DNA of 62,105 nt, filler included. It is 3 parts of 3 records of this genome, joined end to end, with 100 filler letters (N's around TTAATTAATTAA, not from the genome) between each part and the next. Parts side by side here need not be neighbours in the genome. Positions count along the whole stretch, not along the records: positions 30,250 to 48,077 come from DRR378314_615; positions 48,178 to 62,105 come from DRR378314_637; 1 more part is not named here. One strand, given 5' to 3'. Shown here one piece after another: positions 36,301-48,178 of this stretch. Numbering within the stretch: position 1 is the first letter of the stretch; each line of letters starts with the position of its first letter. The translations under genes and the position numbers were made by a program. The notes below the pieces were generated by a model. The model was not told the DNA's origin. It did no database searches and saw only the letters and a program-made list of their open reading frames with translations.

Positions 36301-39300
36301 CTGGCGTACGCAATCGCTCGTGCTCCTGACGTTAGCGGTGACAGCGCAGCATTCGCACGCCTGCGCGAGGTCGTGGACCTGCTCCCGATGGTCACGCTGC
36401 ACCCGCGTGACCGCATGCTTCGCACGACTGGACATGTTGAGGATGCATGCGACCAGGAACCAAATTATCACAGAGAGAAATCGTCATGTGGCACACAGCT
36501 TCACTTTCCCAGCGAAACTAGAGATGCCGAGGCAAAAACGGAAGGCGAGAAAGTCGTTGCGGCGCGAAAACCACCATCGCATCGCACCATGTTGCCGGCG
36601 GCTGCCGCCGCCGCAGGCGAGCTTGCTCTGGCTGTGAGTGCAAGCGGCCTCGTCGATGATCTTGTCGCACTTCTCCCCACAGCGTATCAGAGACCCTTAT
36701 GTTTGTGCCAGTTTGTTGTTCTTGCTAGCGCAGCACTCGCACAGGCTGACTCTGCAGCTGCAATGTGGACGACCGCCGTCGAGCCGCTCCTCCATCTGCT
36801 CACGTCGCGCCGCCGGCTCGCTCCAGAAGTTTCCGAGTCGCTGGTGGATCTACTGCGAATAATTGCGTCGAAAGACGCATGGGCTTGTGCGCGCGTCATT
36901 TCGGATCTGCCAGAGCTACTCCAATATGCGTCACGGCAGATGGGATACTGGAATCGAGCATATCACTATCCACACAGCGGCGAGGGGCTGTCGGCGGCAA
37001 ATGAGCCGCGTTGCGACCGTAGGTCTACAATCGCATTTGCTCGTTGTTCCCTGCTGGAGCTCTGCACCGTCCTGATACCCCACTGCCCCCACACACTCGT
37101 CCAAACTATGGTAGACCACTTCAAGCATCATTGGGCTCAAGTGGAAAAGTCTTTGGGAGAATGGAGCAGGAACGGTGTGGAGGAAGCGCCAGCCGCTCGC
37201 ATCTTGTTGGCTCTCGCGAGCCCGACGCCGGGTAGCGCGCATGCACTGGCAGGAGCAGAGCAGCGCGAAGATTCCGAAACAGCACCACAAACACAACAAC
37301 GCATCCAATGCTCCTCCCAATCTCCCTCAACTCTCATATTTCGTGCAACAGAAGCGTCTTTGGCTATGCTACGCTTCTGGACCTCGGTTGCAACGGAGAA
37401 GAAAGGTGCCCTCCTTGCGCACAAGGAGCTCTCCATCGACGACATCGCACTGGCACTTCTTCCACCGGCAGCAGTGGGGAGACTGCCATGGCGCATCACG
37501 ACAGCGCTGCTATCCTTGGCCACGATCTTCTATGAGAAGGGTATAGATAAGTACCAAGCCAGAAATTGGGAAAAGACGGGGGAAGATCGAGGTGCGGCAC
37601 TGCAGCTGCTGCAGGTGGCGGCGGCAGTGGTAGATCGTTGCGCGCTTGTGGCTGCTGAGCAGCACGGGAGAGCGAGCACGCACTACGCTGCCGCCTCTGC
37701 TCCTTGGCCTTCCACTGCTGACGAATGTGCTACTATGACATACCCGGCTGTAGCTTTGATAGGGACCATGATAGCGCCACCATCAACTCGCAACAGCTCT
37801 CCATCGCGCGCACGTATCATTGGAATTGCGATCGACGCCTTAGCCGATGCAGAGAGAGCATTCCGCATCGCGCGCCAAGCATCGCGAGGGACTTGCGAGG
37901 AAACAGGCGACAAGGGAGAGCATACGCCGCTACCGTCTGAGAGGACCCGTCTTTCATCTACACCCTCCAGTGCGCCTGCAGCAATAATGCGAGTACGAGA
38001 TACCATTGAGAGAGTTTTCGCATCCATAGATGCATGCTCGCACCTCCTCTTCTCCTTCCTTCACGAAGAGAGCACTGTGAATGCCGAAATAGAACCCCTG
38101 CTCTCCCAAGCACGCAGTGCCGTGAAGAAAAGACACTCAATTCTTCACCCTGTCGAGGATACGAAAAATGCTTCACTGCCAAACGTGGGTAGAGAAACTG
38201 GTACTACGACAATGGGAGTAGGCGACCAAGGGCTGCAAACAAGGGCCGATGGAGTCAATGCGGAGGAACAACGGGAAGGACAAAATGGTATAACAGCCAC
38301 CGAACTGGTAGACCTGGCAGATCACTTGCGACCCAACATTCTTCGCTCTCGAACAGCAACCAGTGATCAGCACAAAACCTACAGTTCATCAGATGAAAAC
38401 AGCGAATATTTTATTGCCGGAGGTCTGGCAATAACGCTTGTGTGTCTCGCGGCACGCGACTGTCACATGGGTCTCCAGCTCCCCGACCGCGACAAGAGCG
38501 CGGAGAGCGCTGCAGCCCCCATTCAACGCGCCCGAGCTTACGACAGCCTGTCACGGAAACAACGAAATGCAATACATCGAACTGGTCAAAATATTGCTGC
38601 AGCTATCTTCAACGATTGTATACGACAGGATTATACCGGATTGTCCTCTATTGCGCGGCAAAGTCCTTCGGGCGTCAAGCTCAGTTTCGCTCCTGCGATC
38701 GACGTTTTTACATCCATGTACAACCAGGCGGCTTCCCCAGGTACTCATAATAGCTCGTTGACGAAGTCTATGAATAGCAGTACATCTATATTTGACACCG
38801 ATAGGATTTCCAACGCTGCTGTGGCGAAAAATACTTTGGGAGGGAAACAGCCGAATTGTGCCGATAGCAAAGATGGCAGCTGCGTTGCTGAAACAGCGGC
38901 GAGGTGGCCACTGGAGCACACTCTGGCGCACTGCGCCTCGTTGTTGCCCCCATATGCGACAGCTGACCCTCAGAGCGACACAGTGCTGACCATTTTGTGT
39001 ACAGCTATAGGTACATGTGACGCCATTGTATCACAACGCGCTTTTGCGCGTGTCGGATACGATACTGTGGAACGGCTGTGCTGCGCAGTGGTGGCGCAGC
39101 TCGCGCGCGGGCGCGGCGAGGTCTTGCTGGCATCGCTGCGCCTGTCCCAACGCATCCTTGCACACTGGCGCCGCCACGCTCAAGAAGCAACTCTGTGTGC
39201 CATGAAAGAATATTTCAATGTCCATGATCGCATAGCACTTATACTATCAACTTACGATGACATCGTTGTGGATGGAGACCTACACAACATCGATGGATCA

Positions 39301-42300
39301 GACGCGGCATCCTATGGAATCACACGCCAATCGATCGATGCCGAAAAGGGCGATGCAACCGGCGACAATATCTCCAGAAACCAATTCAGCCTACAGCGCA
39401 GTGATCGGCCGCGCTTTTGTATTGCTGACGTAACTCGGTCCAGCAGCTCGAGCATGTGTAGTGCGCACGCTCACCACGCCGAGCGCACTGCTTCACCGCA
39501 GCAGGCACTTGCCGATCGCGGGCACACGCGTGCAGCAGACTATATGGCGCTACACCTGTCAGTACTTGATCCAATCTGCAGAGGTCCATTCACGACACAG
39601 AATGAGCATCTTCCAGGGTACACCTCGCCAGCCCTCATCTTCGATGCCACGTTAGCCTTTGTGCAGCAGCTCTGTGAGGGCCAGTACACGGATGCGCAGG
39701 AGTATCTCGGTGGCAAGCGGCATGAGGAGTCGAGCGTCCTCAGCGCAGCGATCGACGCGCTTGGCATTCTCCAGCACAATTTTACGCATCTTGCACTGAA
39801 AATTGGCACAATGAACATCGATTGGTTAGACGCGAGTATGATCCAAACGCGCAAAATCCTCTCTGTCGTTTCGGAGCTCGTTCAGGTACGGAACACACTG
39901 CATTTGTAGGAGAAACGGGAATCGCGCGTCTGACGTACTTCACTCGCGTAGCAAACGGGTGCAGCCATTCCTAGCAACGCTGCGTTTCCTCAGCACAACC
40001 CGCTTCTTCACCTTCCAGCATCGGAAATATAGTGCTTTGGGAAGGCTCTTCGTACTTCGTAGATCAGGGGTCGTAGTCTGATTTGTGGAATCATTCGGGG
40101 TCAGAGCGCTTTCATCGCGCTCGTATGCCGCTGCCGGCTTCCCGCCGCGCCTCCTAGGTCTGCCAGCTTGCTTCTTACGAGGCAGAGCGGGCCCTCCTTC
40201 ATAGAGCGCGTTGGAAGCCCCGAACTCCTCTGGCGGCCGCAAGCCACAGCCTTGAAGCAAACGAATGCTCGCTAAGCACTGCTCCGTAGAGTTATTCGCA
40301 TGGTACCTGGCTTCTGAGTTGAAAACACGCCGTCTTTGGCGCGCTTGGGCTCGCTTTCTGTCTCTTGCGGTGAAATCTCCAGGGCCCGTGCGCGCACAAC
40401 CAGCTCGGTGTGCTGCACAGCTGTGCGCTTGAGAACCTAACCGAGACATTGCAGACGTTTGTTCTGCTCGAAGAGGCACCGGATGCTGGAGCTAAATCTC
40501 GGGTGTCAATGCGCACGGTGCTAGCGATCGATAATATGCTGCTTGCTGTGGTCGATCTGCTGCTGGCCCTCGTGGAAGGGGCTGATGCGGAAGCGCAGCT
40601 GGTCGAAAAGATGCTCGGGCAAATCAACTTTCGCACCATGCTTGCAGTCATGGACCTGTTGTTTCGAACACACACTCGTTTACAAGACGCATCTGGCCGC
40701 AATGTCAGCTCGCGTGATTTCCATGGCTCCTTGTTTGTGGCACTTCGCGTGCCTGAACTCCGTCACTGCGGTATTCGGTCCGTTCTCCGGGCGCGCAGCG
40801 CAGCTTTGGAGCGGATTCTCCGCCGCCTTTGCGAGCTATCGCGAACAATTCGGCTCTTCTGCGAGGCCCATCACGGATCGTTGGCACTATCCACAGATGC
40901 ACTTGCATTTTTGCATTATTTTGATCAACCCCGGCAAGGCATCAACCCGCAGCGGTTATCATCGGCACAGGGTTTGTGGGCGCGGGTGGGGAGGAAGCGA
41001 GAAGAGGAGATCGCCTCCGAGTACCTTGCTGTCGCGAGATCCCGTATGGCAGAACGCATGGCGGCGTGCGTGCGCTGTGTTGAAGTAATGCGCGACGGAC
41101 GGTCGACGCGCTGTGTGTTTAGCATTCCACCTGCTTGGCTTCTCGCATGGAAACAAACATTTATGGAGGAACTGCGAGATGCGACAAAACTCGAAGTGCG
41201 CAGAGACACTGACATGAATCGTCTCGCAGACTTCGCCGAATTCGCGGAAGACCTTGTCTTTCAACTCGACTATCTCACGCCAGTTATACTACGAGCGACT
41301 GCTCGCCGGGTCCCTCTCCCGCGTAGGGAAGGAGACCTGCTCCGCAGTAAACACGACATCGATTATTACAAAGAACTTATCGACACCGAGCACAGCGTTG
41401 TTACAGAATCTACGATGGACGAGATCGCAGCCGCGCACGTCGGGCGATCGGCAGGGGCAAGGCTCCGCTTTGCACTTGTGCGCGCGAGCCGTTCGATTAT
41501 CCGTGTGACACTCTTCACTTCGTATGTTGTCACCACAATACTGTTTCTTTTCACAACCGGAATTGGCGACACTGCACCAGAGACACGCGCGCTCGTATCG
41601 GCAATCTGCTTTCTCCACACGTCGCTTGCAGTTCTTCGATCCGTGTCTTTTGTGTGCGAGCGGGGCCCCATGATGGTCCGCAAGGTGCGCGCGCGCGCGC
41701 AGACTCACTCCCATACACACACACAAAGAGAGAGTGAGATAGTGAAAGTACGCACGTACGTGGGCGTATTTCGTCAGCACAGCCTCATGATGAGGCATTA
41801 ACGAAGTGTGAATCGCCATTCACTTCACGTCAGGCCTTAATGAATATCAGCGCTTCAGTATCTGCAAAGAGTGGCGCGCGGCGTAAAGGGTAGGAACGCG
41901 CGCTTGCTGCGACTCTTGTACCTGGTCTGCGCCAGCACGCCAAGGTTTCGCAGCACCCCCCACGATGTTGTACACCCTTGATCCGGCCTTTCTTGTATTC
42001 CCGTGTACTGCGACATGCATTTGTATCGTTTCGCTCAAGTGTGCGATTCCACCCAACACTTCCGGTACTTCCTCCAACACGACGCAGGATCACGCGCAGA
42101 GCTCTGGCATTCTACGGAAAGGGGCCGCAGTGCTCCGCCATGGGCGATCGATCTATACGATTGTGTACGCGTTGTCAAGTATCATCGGAAACGCCCTTTG
42201 GCTCTCCCACGACCAATCGATCGCAGCATACGCTCCGCTATGTTTCTCCGTACACCTGTTAGATGTGATTTGGATGACCAAAAGCCTCATTCCGGTCGTC

Positions 42301-44551
42301 AAGGCTCTCACCGCCAATGCCGTCCAGCTCCTGTACACAGTCTTACTCCAGGTAAGGCATAGCACCGCCCTCTTGTGAAGAAAGCTGCCAGATACTAGGA
42401 AAAAACCATTCAAGCACCGTTGCATTGCCATGGAGAAGCGCAGGACAACGGAGCCAAGATGCATGTCTTACACCGAGGAACGTGACAATGTGTGAGTTCA
42501 AAATCAGCTGCGCCACGGCCATGGCCCGATGTGCCACAGTGTATCGTGGGCGAAGCGCTGAAGTCGCGAGGCGGCGACGTCAGCGCGCGCGCGTGCGGGA
42601 GTGCCCTTGCACTAGTCACTCCCAGAGCGAGCTTTCCCGCGGACGCGGACACTTTGGCGCCGTGACATCTGCACTCCCTCGCGATTCGTGTGTATCTTCT
42701 GCAGGTCATCCTGGTCTACATTTTTGCCGCCATTTCTTTTGCAGTCTTCCCAGAGCGATACGAGGCTGGCGCGTGCGCCTCCCTTTGGCACTGCACGCTG
42801 TACAACCTGAACCTCGGGCTCCGCAGCGGGGGCGGGATCGGCGACGTGCTCGAAACGGTTCGTGCTAGCTGGCAAGACACTTACTTTCACTGGGTCTTTT
42901 GGTTCGGTCTCGATATTTGCGCTCGCGAGTGGCGCGAAAAATATATAAACAGTCCAGCATTTAAGGAGAGAGAGCCGGGTGTTGTGCCGCGTAGTTTCTG
43001 CTCTCCGTGTGCTTCTGCGAGAAACTCCGCCAACCCGCGGGCTGCAACGCCAGGAATCCACTAACCGTTTCCACCTGCGATCTATCCCATACATTCACCT
43101 GTCCAGCCCAACATGACGTCGCAGTCTGCCTACATCATATTCGATGTACTCTACTTTCTTATTATCATTGCGATTGGGACTGCAATAACAACGGGTATCG
43201 TCATTGACGCATTCGGAGCGTACCGCGATGAGATCCAGGAGGTGCGTGCGAGCAGGAGAACCCGCAAATGCTCCAACAAGCACAGAGACACAGGATGGAA
43301 AGGATACGCTGTGCTTGCTCTTTTTCACCATGTGTGGAGACAAGCGAATATGATTTGCGTTTGCCACGCTGCAGTGCCGCGTTGTGAGAGCGGAGTGTAT
43401 ACAGCACGTACAGCTTCTTCTCGTTTGCCAAGTATCCATGGCGTGGACGGGAAGTAGGCGGCGCGACTGTTGCTGTGACGCTGCGGCAAAGAGCGATGCC
43501 GGCGAGCGACGCGGGAGTCACCACTACTTGCAAAACGTCTCTCTGCGAATACATTCATCATACTATTCGTTCATTTGCATTCTGTCGCCTGAAGAAGGAA
43601 CCGTCTGTAATTATAGAGTATTCTGGCTCCTAACGAGGGAATCGCGGGAACGAGATCGCGATGCAAGTGACAAAAAACAATGTGCAGCTTTCCCTCCGCC
43701 CGGCCTACAGCAAGAGGGGATCGGTTCGCTTCGTCACACGCTAACCAATGATTTGCCTTTTTCATACCTTGCTCACTTTTTTGCGTTCTATAGACCACCG
43801 AACGACAACGGTCGTCATGCTTCATTTGTGGCCTACCGAGTGAGCAGTTCGAGCGAGTGAAGGTGCACGGTATGTAGGCGTCGCCCGTGCGCGCTGGCGC
43901 ACCACCGGCAATGGGTTGAATCGCACTTCACTTAGCTTGATATTGCACACGCCAATCTGATTCATTATGCAGATCAAAGAGACTTTCGCAACCATGTAGA
44001 AAATGAACACTGCATGTGGGACTATATTTTCCTCATCCTTTACATTCGGAGAAAGGACCCGGTACGTGTGCTCCCCATGCCAGTGACCCGGCAGTGCCCT
44101 CACAAGCTCCAGACTGCGCTTTGGAGCGTGCGAATGATATCCGTTTCGGTCCCCGGTTCCTGCGGTATCGCGGCGTATTTCAGCACAGGTGTATCCAAAC
44201 TTTTTCTCCCTGCATCTATAATACCATTGTATTGGATTGCAGAACAAGTTTGAGAGCGATTGCGCCTGAAGCACAGCCAGCGTGCCGCTTTGCATGCTCA
44301 GCTGTCTGCGGCCCTGCAATGCTGCGTTAAAGGACCATCGGTGTGCGGCCAACCTACTGGTATCTGCGCATAATTCTCGCCCTCGGCCTGTACGGCCTCC
44401 ATGCGTCGCCCGTGTGCTTCTAATTCGACAGACCGCTCGCACAGGACTAGAGACGTATATTGCAGCCGAAATCGACCAAGGACGCCTCCTCTCGCTCTTC
44501 CCCGTCCGCCAAGCGATGGCGCTCGGAGGATCAGGACGCGAATCCACGTGA
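30336..44551 (+). CDS. Inositol 1,4,5-trisphosphate receptor / ryanodine receptor-like intracellular Ca2+ release channel; multi-exon
   Basis: N-terminal trefoil-like segments ICDGDTVALY, DAALFRI, ISIGCNVAFTHIASESIL. MIR segment VRIRHLATGRLLA. RIH-associated FVQQLCEGQYTDAQEYL. CVEVMRDGRSTRCVFSIP. TM4-5 FSVHLLDVIWMTKSLIPVVKALTANAVQL. Pore CASLWHC...GLRSGGGIGDVL. TM6 FDVLYFLII...GIVIDAFG. Zn finger CFICGL (exon from 43794) ...NHVENEHCMWDYIFL. TGLETYI, stop at 44549-44551. The 5' start is tentative. Confidence 0.9.
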
Positions 44552-46340
44552 CGAGCGCGCGAGCGCCGCCGCCGCGATCCGTGACGCCGATGCGCATCGA
44601 CGATGAAACGCCAACGCCACTAGTAACTCTATCAATTGATAAGTCTCCACTACATCATGGTATATAGTACCGCTTATACTCATACGTACATGGAAATCAT
44701 GTATTTCATCACTGTACGCGTATTGTGTTGAAGAAGACAAGGGACGTGCGCCAGTCACGCAGGCAACTTCCTACAGCACATCACGCACTTCAGCGCATCT
44801 GCGCGAGAGATGGAACGGGGAAATAGAAACCCAACCTCCTCGCCAACGTAGCTCTCCTCAGTTCCTCAAAATTCCATTTACATCAACATGACGTTGCAGT
44901 GTGTTGCATGGCATTGTCAGTTACATCCGGTGCGCTTTGCACAGCGAGCATGAATGAAATGCGGAGCGCCGACACAGCACGAGCGGGCGCACACGTGCGC
45001 AACAAAGCAGCCTCGTTTCCCGACCCGAATATACAGCGCACGTCGTTCACAGTGCACTCATAAACCCCGATTATGCGGGGATAGAATACGCGCACTGCGT
45101 TCTCTTGAGCAATGTCGCTGATCCAGCCGCACAGTCACGCGCTCCGCGATGGCGGCGGCGCCATCATCGTAGTCGACCCGCGAGCGCCGCGCTGGCGCCC
45201 ACTCTCACGATCCGCAGCAACACCAAATAAAAACACTACGCCATGCACGAGGGGCAGTGCTACCACATCGACATGAACAGGCTTTCGCTGGCAAACTGTT
45301 TCGGCATCATACGCGTTAGAAGCTCGCGCGCGCGCGTGCGCAATACGAGGTTCGTGTGCGCTCACTTGTCGTCTACCGCAACGATCACCGACCGCGCCCG
45401 CGCCCTCGCCCCCGTCCGCGCCCTCGCCCTCGCCCGCGCCCGCGCGATACAAAATCAGCCAGCGTGTGCTGCTCCGGCTGCACATCCGTCAAGTACACAT
45501 TATAACCATTATCGAACAGAAGTGCGGCAAGATTGTAAGGATGTGGCGCGGATGAGGAAAGTCGCGATATGAGAGCTGTGCGAGCAGAACGGGAGAAGCG
45601 CGCTGGTGACGAAGAGGCGAGCGCGGGAATACACCATCGCAGTGCTCATGCAAGCACCGCTCTCCAAAGAACGCTACCACGCACCGCTCCTGTATGATAC
45701 GACTCCGGTCCGCGTCCCGTTGCATCGAAGTTGCGCTGCAGATCGTCAAATCCACGGATCGTAAACCCGCCGGAGCGCTCGTGCGCCGCCGCCGCAGCAG
45801 CGGCAGGGCCTTGGCTCTCCTCGCCGAGATTCAGCTCGCCCATCTCGTCCCTTTCGATTCCAGCACACAAACACCAGCAGTTACGAACGCGGAGGCGTTG
45901 CATCGCATATGACGTAAGCTTTGTTTACTCGCTTCCTACGCAACGACGCTGACTGCAATGGGAGCACCCGTAAATACAGGCTTCGCAAAAATGAGCGAAT
46001 GCGTATCACGAGGGCGACTGAGCGGATAGCACACGCACCGCAAACCACCGCAAGGCTAGCGCTCAGGGATAAACTAGACTGCTGGTGGTCACCACCACCA
46101 CCACCACACACACCACTGCCATCGCACAAACGAAACAAGATACGATAAGCACGTGTCTCTCCCTGAAACGCCATACATTGAGACTAACGATTGTGCACAC
46201 AGTCCATATCGCGCATCGATCGTCGCGCGAAGAAGCAGCGCCGAGCAGGAGGGTCACGGGACGGAGCTTTCAATAGCACGACACAGCAACTGCAGCTACA
46301 GAGTCGCACGCCCACGCGCAAAACAGTTCGTATGCAGCGC

Positions 46341-48077
46341 CTACACTTCACGAAAGGGATCTCGCGTCCGACAATCATCGGAGTCTACACCGCAAGCTCC
46401 TACGCAGCACCTCTCCTGCCGCACTGCAACGCAGGAAGCATCGCACCCACACCGGGTGGAACCGAGTGCGCACAACATCCAGGAGTCGATCGCGCGTTTT
46501 TTTAATACTCGCCGCTCATTTTTTCCCTTGCCCCGACGACGATCGCCGCCGAGAGACACTGCTGAGACCCTACGAGCCTCGTCGTGTGGCACTGTGACGC
46601 GTACTCCGTGTGCACACCGGGCGCGCGCCTCGCACCTCTCGTTCAGCTCGAGCACAATGCGCTTCAGCTCCTCCTTGTCGGCCTCTTCCTCGGCGCGCCG
46701 CGACTTTGCCAGCACGGCAAACGTGTGGTCGCTCGGCAGATCGACCTCGCGGACCACCGGCCGGTTGTTGCGTTTTGTCACCACACGGAACGTGACTGCA
46801 GCGGCGCTGCCGGTCGCTGCTGGTGCCGCGGCGGACGCGCTCGCCGCGCGCTGTGCGAGCCCGATCGGCGCCGCCATCGCATCGAGGCGGCTCGCAGCGC
46901 CGCGCGGCGCGTCCGCCGACTCGCGGAGCATCGCCTCAAACGCCTCATCGAACGCAGCATCGTGCACAGGTCCGCGTCGTCGACGCACCGCGTCCTCCTC
47001 ATCGTCGTCCTCCTCGTCCTCCTCGTTCGCATCGCCATCACCACCGTCAGCACCTTCATCACCATCATCCGCACAGCCATCAAACGTTGTTCCGGATGTA
47101 GATCGACCGCCACTGCCGTCTGACGCCGTGCTTTCAGTCCCGTCTGCGCCGCGGTCGTCGTCGTCATCGTCGTCATCGCCGTCGGCCTCGTTGTAGTCGT
47201 ACTCGCCTCCCTCGCCTCCCTCGCTGGCATTATCCGGCTCGTTCGCGGCAGCAGGAGCGCGCCCCAGCTGGCGCTCGCGCGCAGCGAACGCCTCGGCGAT
47301 TGTTGGGAGAGTGCGGATGCGGCCGAGGACTTTCAGCGTCTGCGGCGCGTCGGCGATCTCGAGCGCGTCCTCGAGCGCGTGCCGCGCCGCCGGCGACAGA
47401 GGCTGCGCGGCCGCGCGAGCCGCCGCCGCAATCGCTGCCAGCCGCCGCCTCCGGCTCTGGCCAAGGGCGAGCGTCTTCTGTGCAGCGGTGAGAAACGCAC
47501 CGACCATTTGCAGTCGGCCGCCGCGGAATCGCTCCGCTGCAGCTTCCGCATACGAGCGAGACAGGTCCGTGACGCGCACTGCAGTTCCGGCGCCAGGCAC
47601 CGCGGGCGCGCCAGCTGCGCCTGGCGCCGACGAAGATGCGCCCTGCAGCGCGCCGCGCTCGTCGAGACCCAGGAGAAGACGCGCAAGAATCGAGAATGCT
47701 GCTCCAGGTGGGAGCACGCGCGCGCGAGCGAGCTCGCCGAGCAGTGCGCAGTCCGCCACGCCGCGCTGTGCGTGCGCAGTCGCGCCGCCGGCGATTCGAA
47801 ACACGTCTGCAATCAGCATATCGACCACCGAAACAATGTCCACTGGCCGGTACTGTGCCAGCTCGGTGATCACACCCGCAAGTGCGGGAATCAGCGTAAA
47901 CCGGTACTTGTGGGGACGCGCAAGGCGACGCACACAGTACCCGCGCACTGCACCGTCGCTCCAATCGAGCTTCCGCAGCTGCCGCGCAACGCCGTGGACG
48001 CGCTTCGCCGAGAGCTCCTGCGTTTCCCACGCACACAACCGCATTCAGACGCACGCAGAGCAAAAGTTCCCAATACG
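46341..48077 (-). CDS. UPF2: Nonsense-mediated decay factor UPF2, 3' part (third MIF4G domain, acidic region, UPF1-binding domain); truncated by contig end
   Basis: ARQLRKLDWSD...VVDMLIADV...LLGEL (MIF4G-3), a long D/E-rich linker, and VTFRVVTKRNNRPVVREVDLPSD...EELKRIVLELNER (cf. FVMLTRKGNKQQ...MKKLTLDINER). The exact 3' end is uncertain (possible intron after ELNER). Confidence 0.85.
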
Positions 48078-48177
48078 NNNNNNNNNNNNNNNNNNNNNNN
48101 NNNNNNNNNNNNNNNNNNNNNTTAATTAATTAANNNNNNNNNNNNNNNNNNNNNNNNNNNNNNNNNNNNNNNNNNNN
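48078..48177. other. Artificial contig-joining spacer (N44 + TTAATTAATTAA + N44)
   Basis: Same 100-bp structure, with the 12-mer at 48122-48133. It separates eukaryotic from bacterial sequence. Confidence 0.97.
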
Positions 48178-48178
48178 C

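Noticed and set aside
44600-46340. Possible additional minus-strand gene between the IP3R and UPF2
   Set aside because: Some splice-like signals and low-complexity ORFs, but I could not assemble a recognisable protein.
1-48077. Hundreds of short six-frame ORFs
   Set aside because: GC-rich, intron-containing DNA. Most are antisense or intron read-through fragments of the spliced genes listed, with no independent motifs.
46153-48129. Long plus-strand ORFs (347, 272 and 248 aa)
   Set aside because: Antisense shadows of the GC-rich UPF2 exon.
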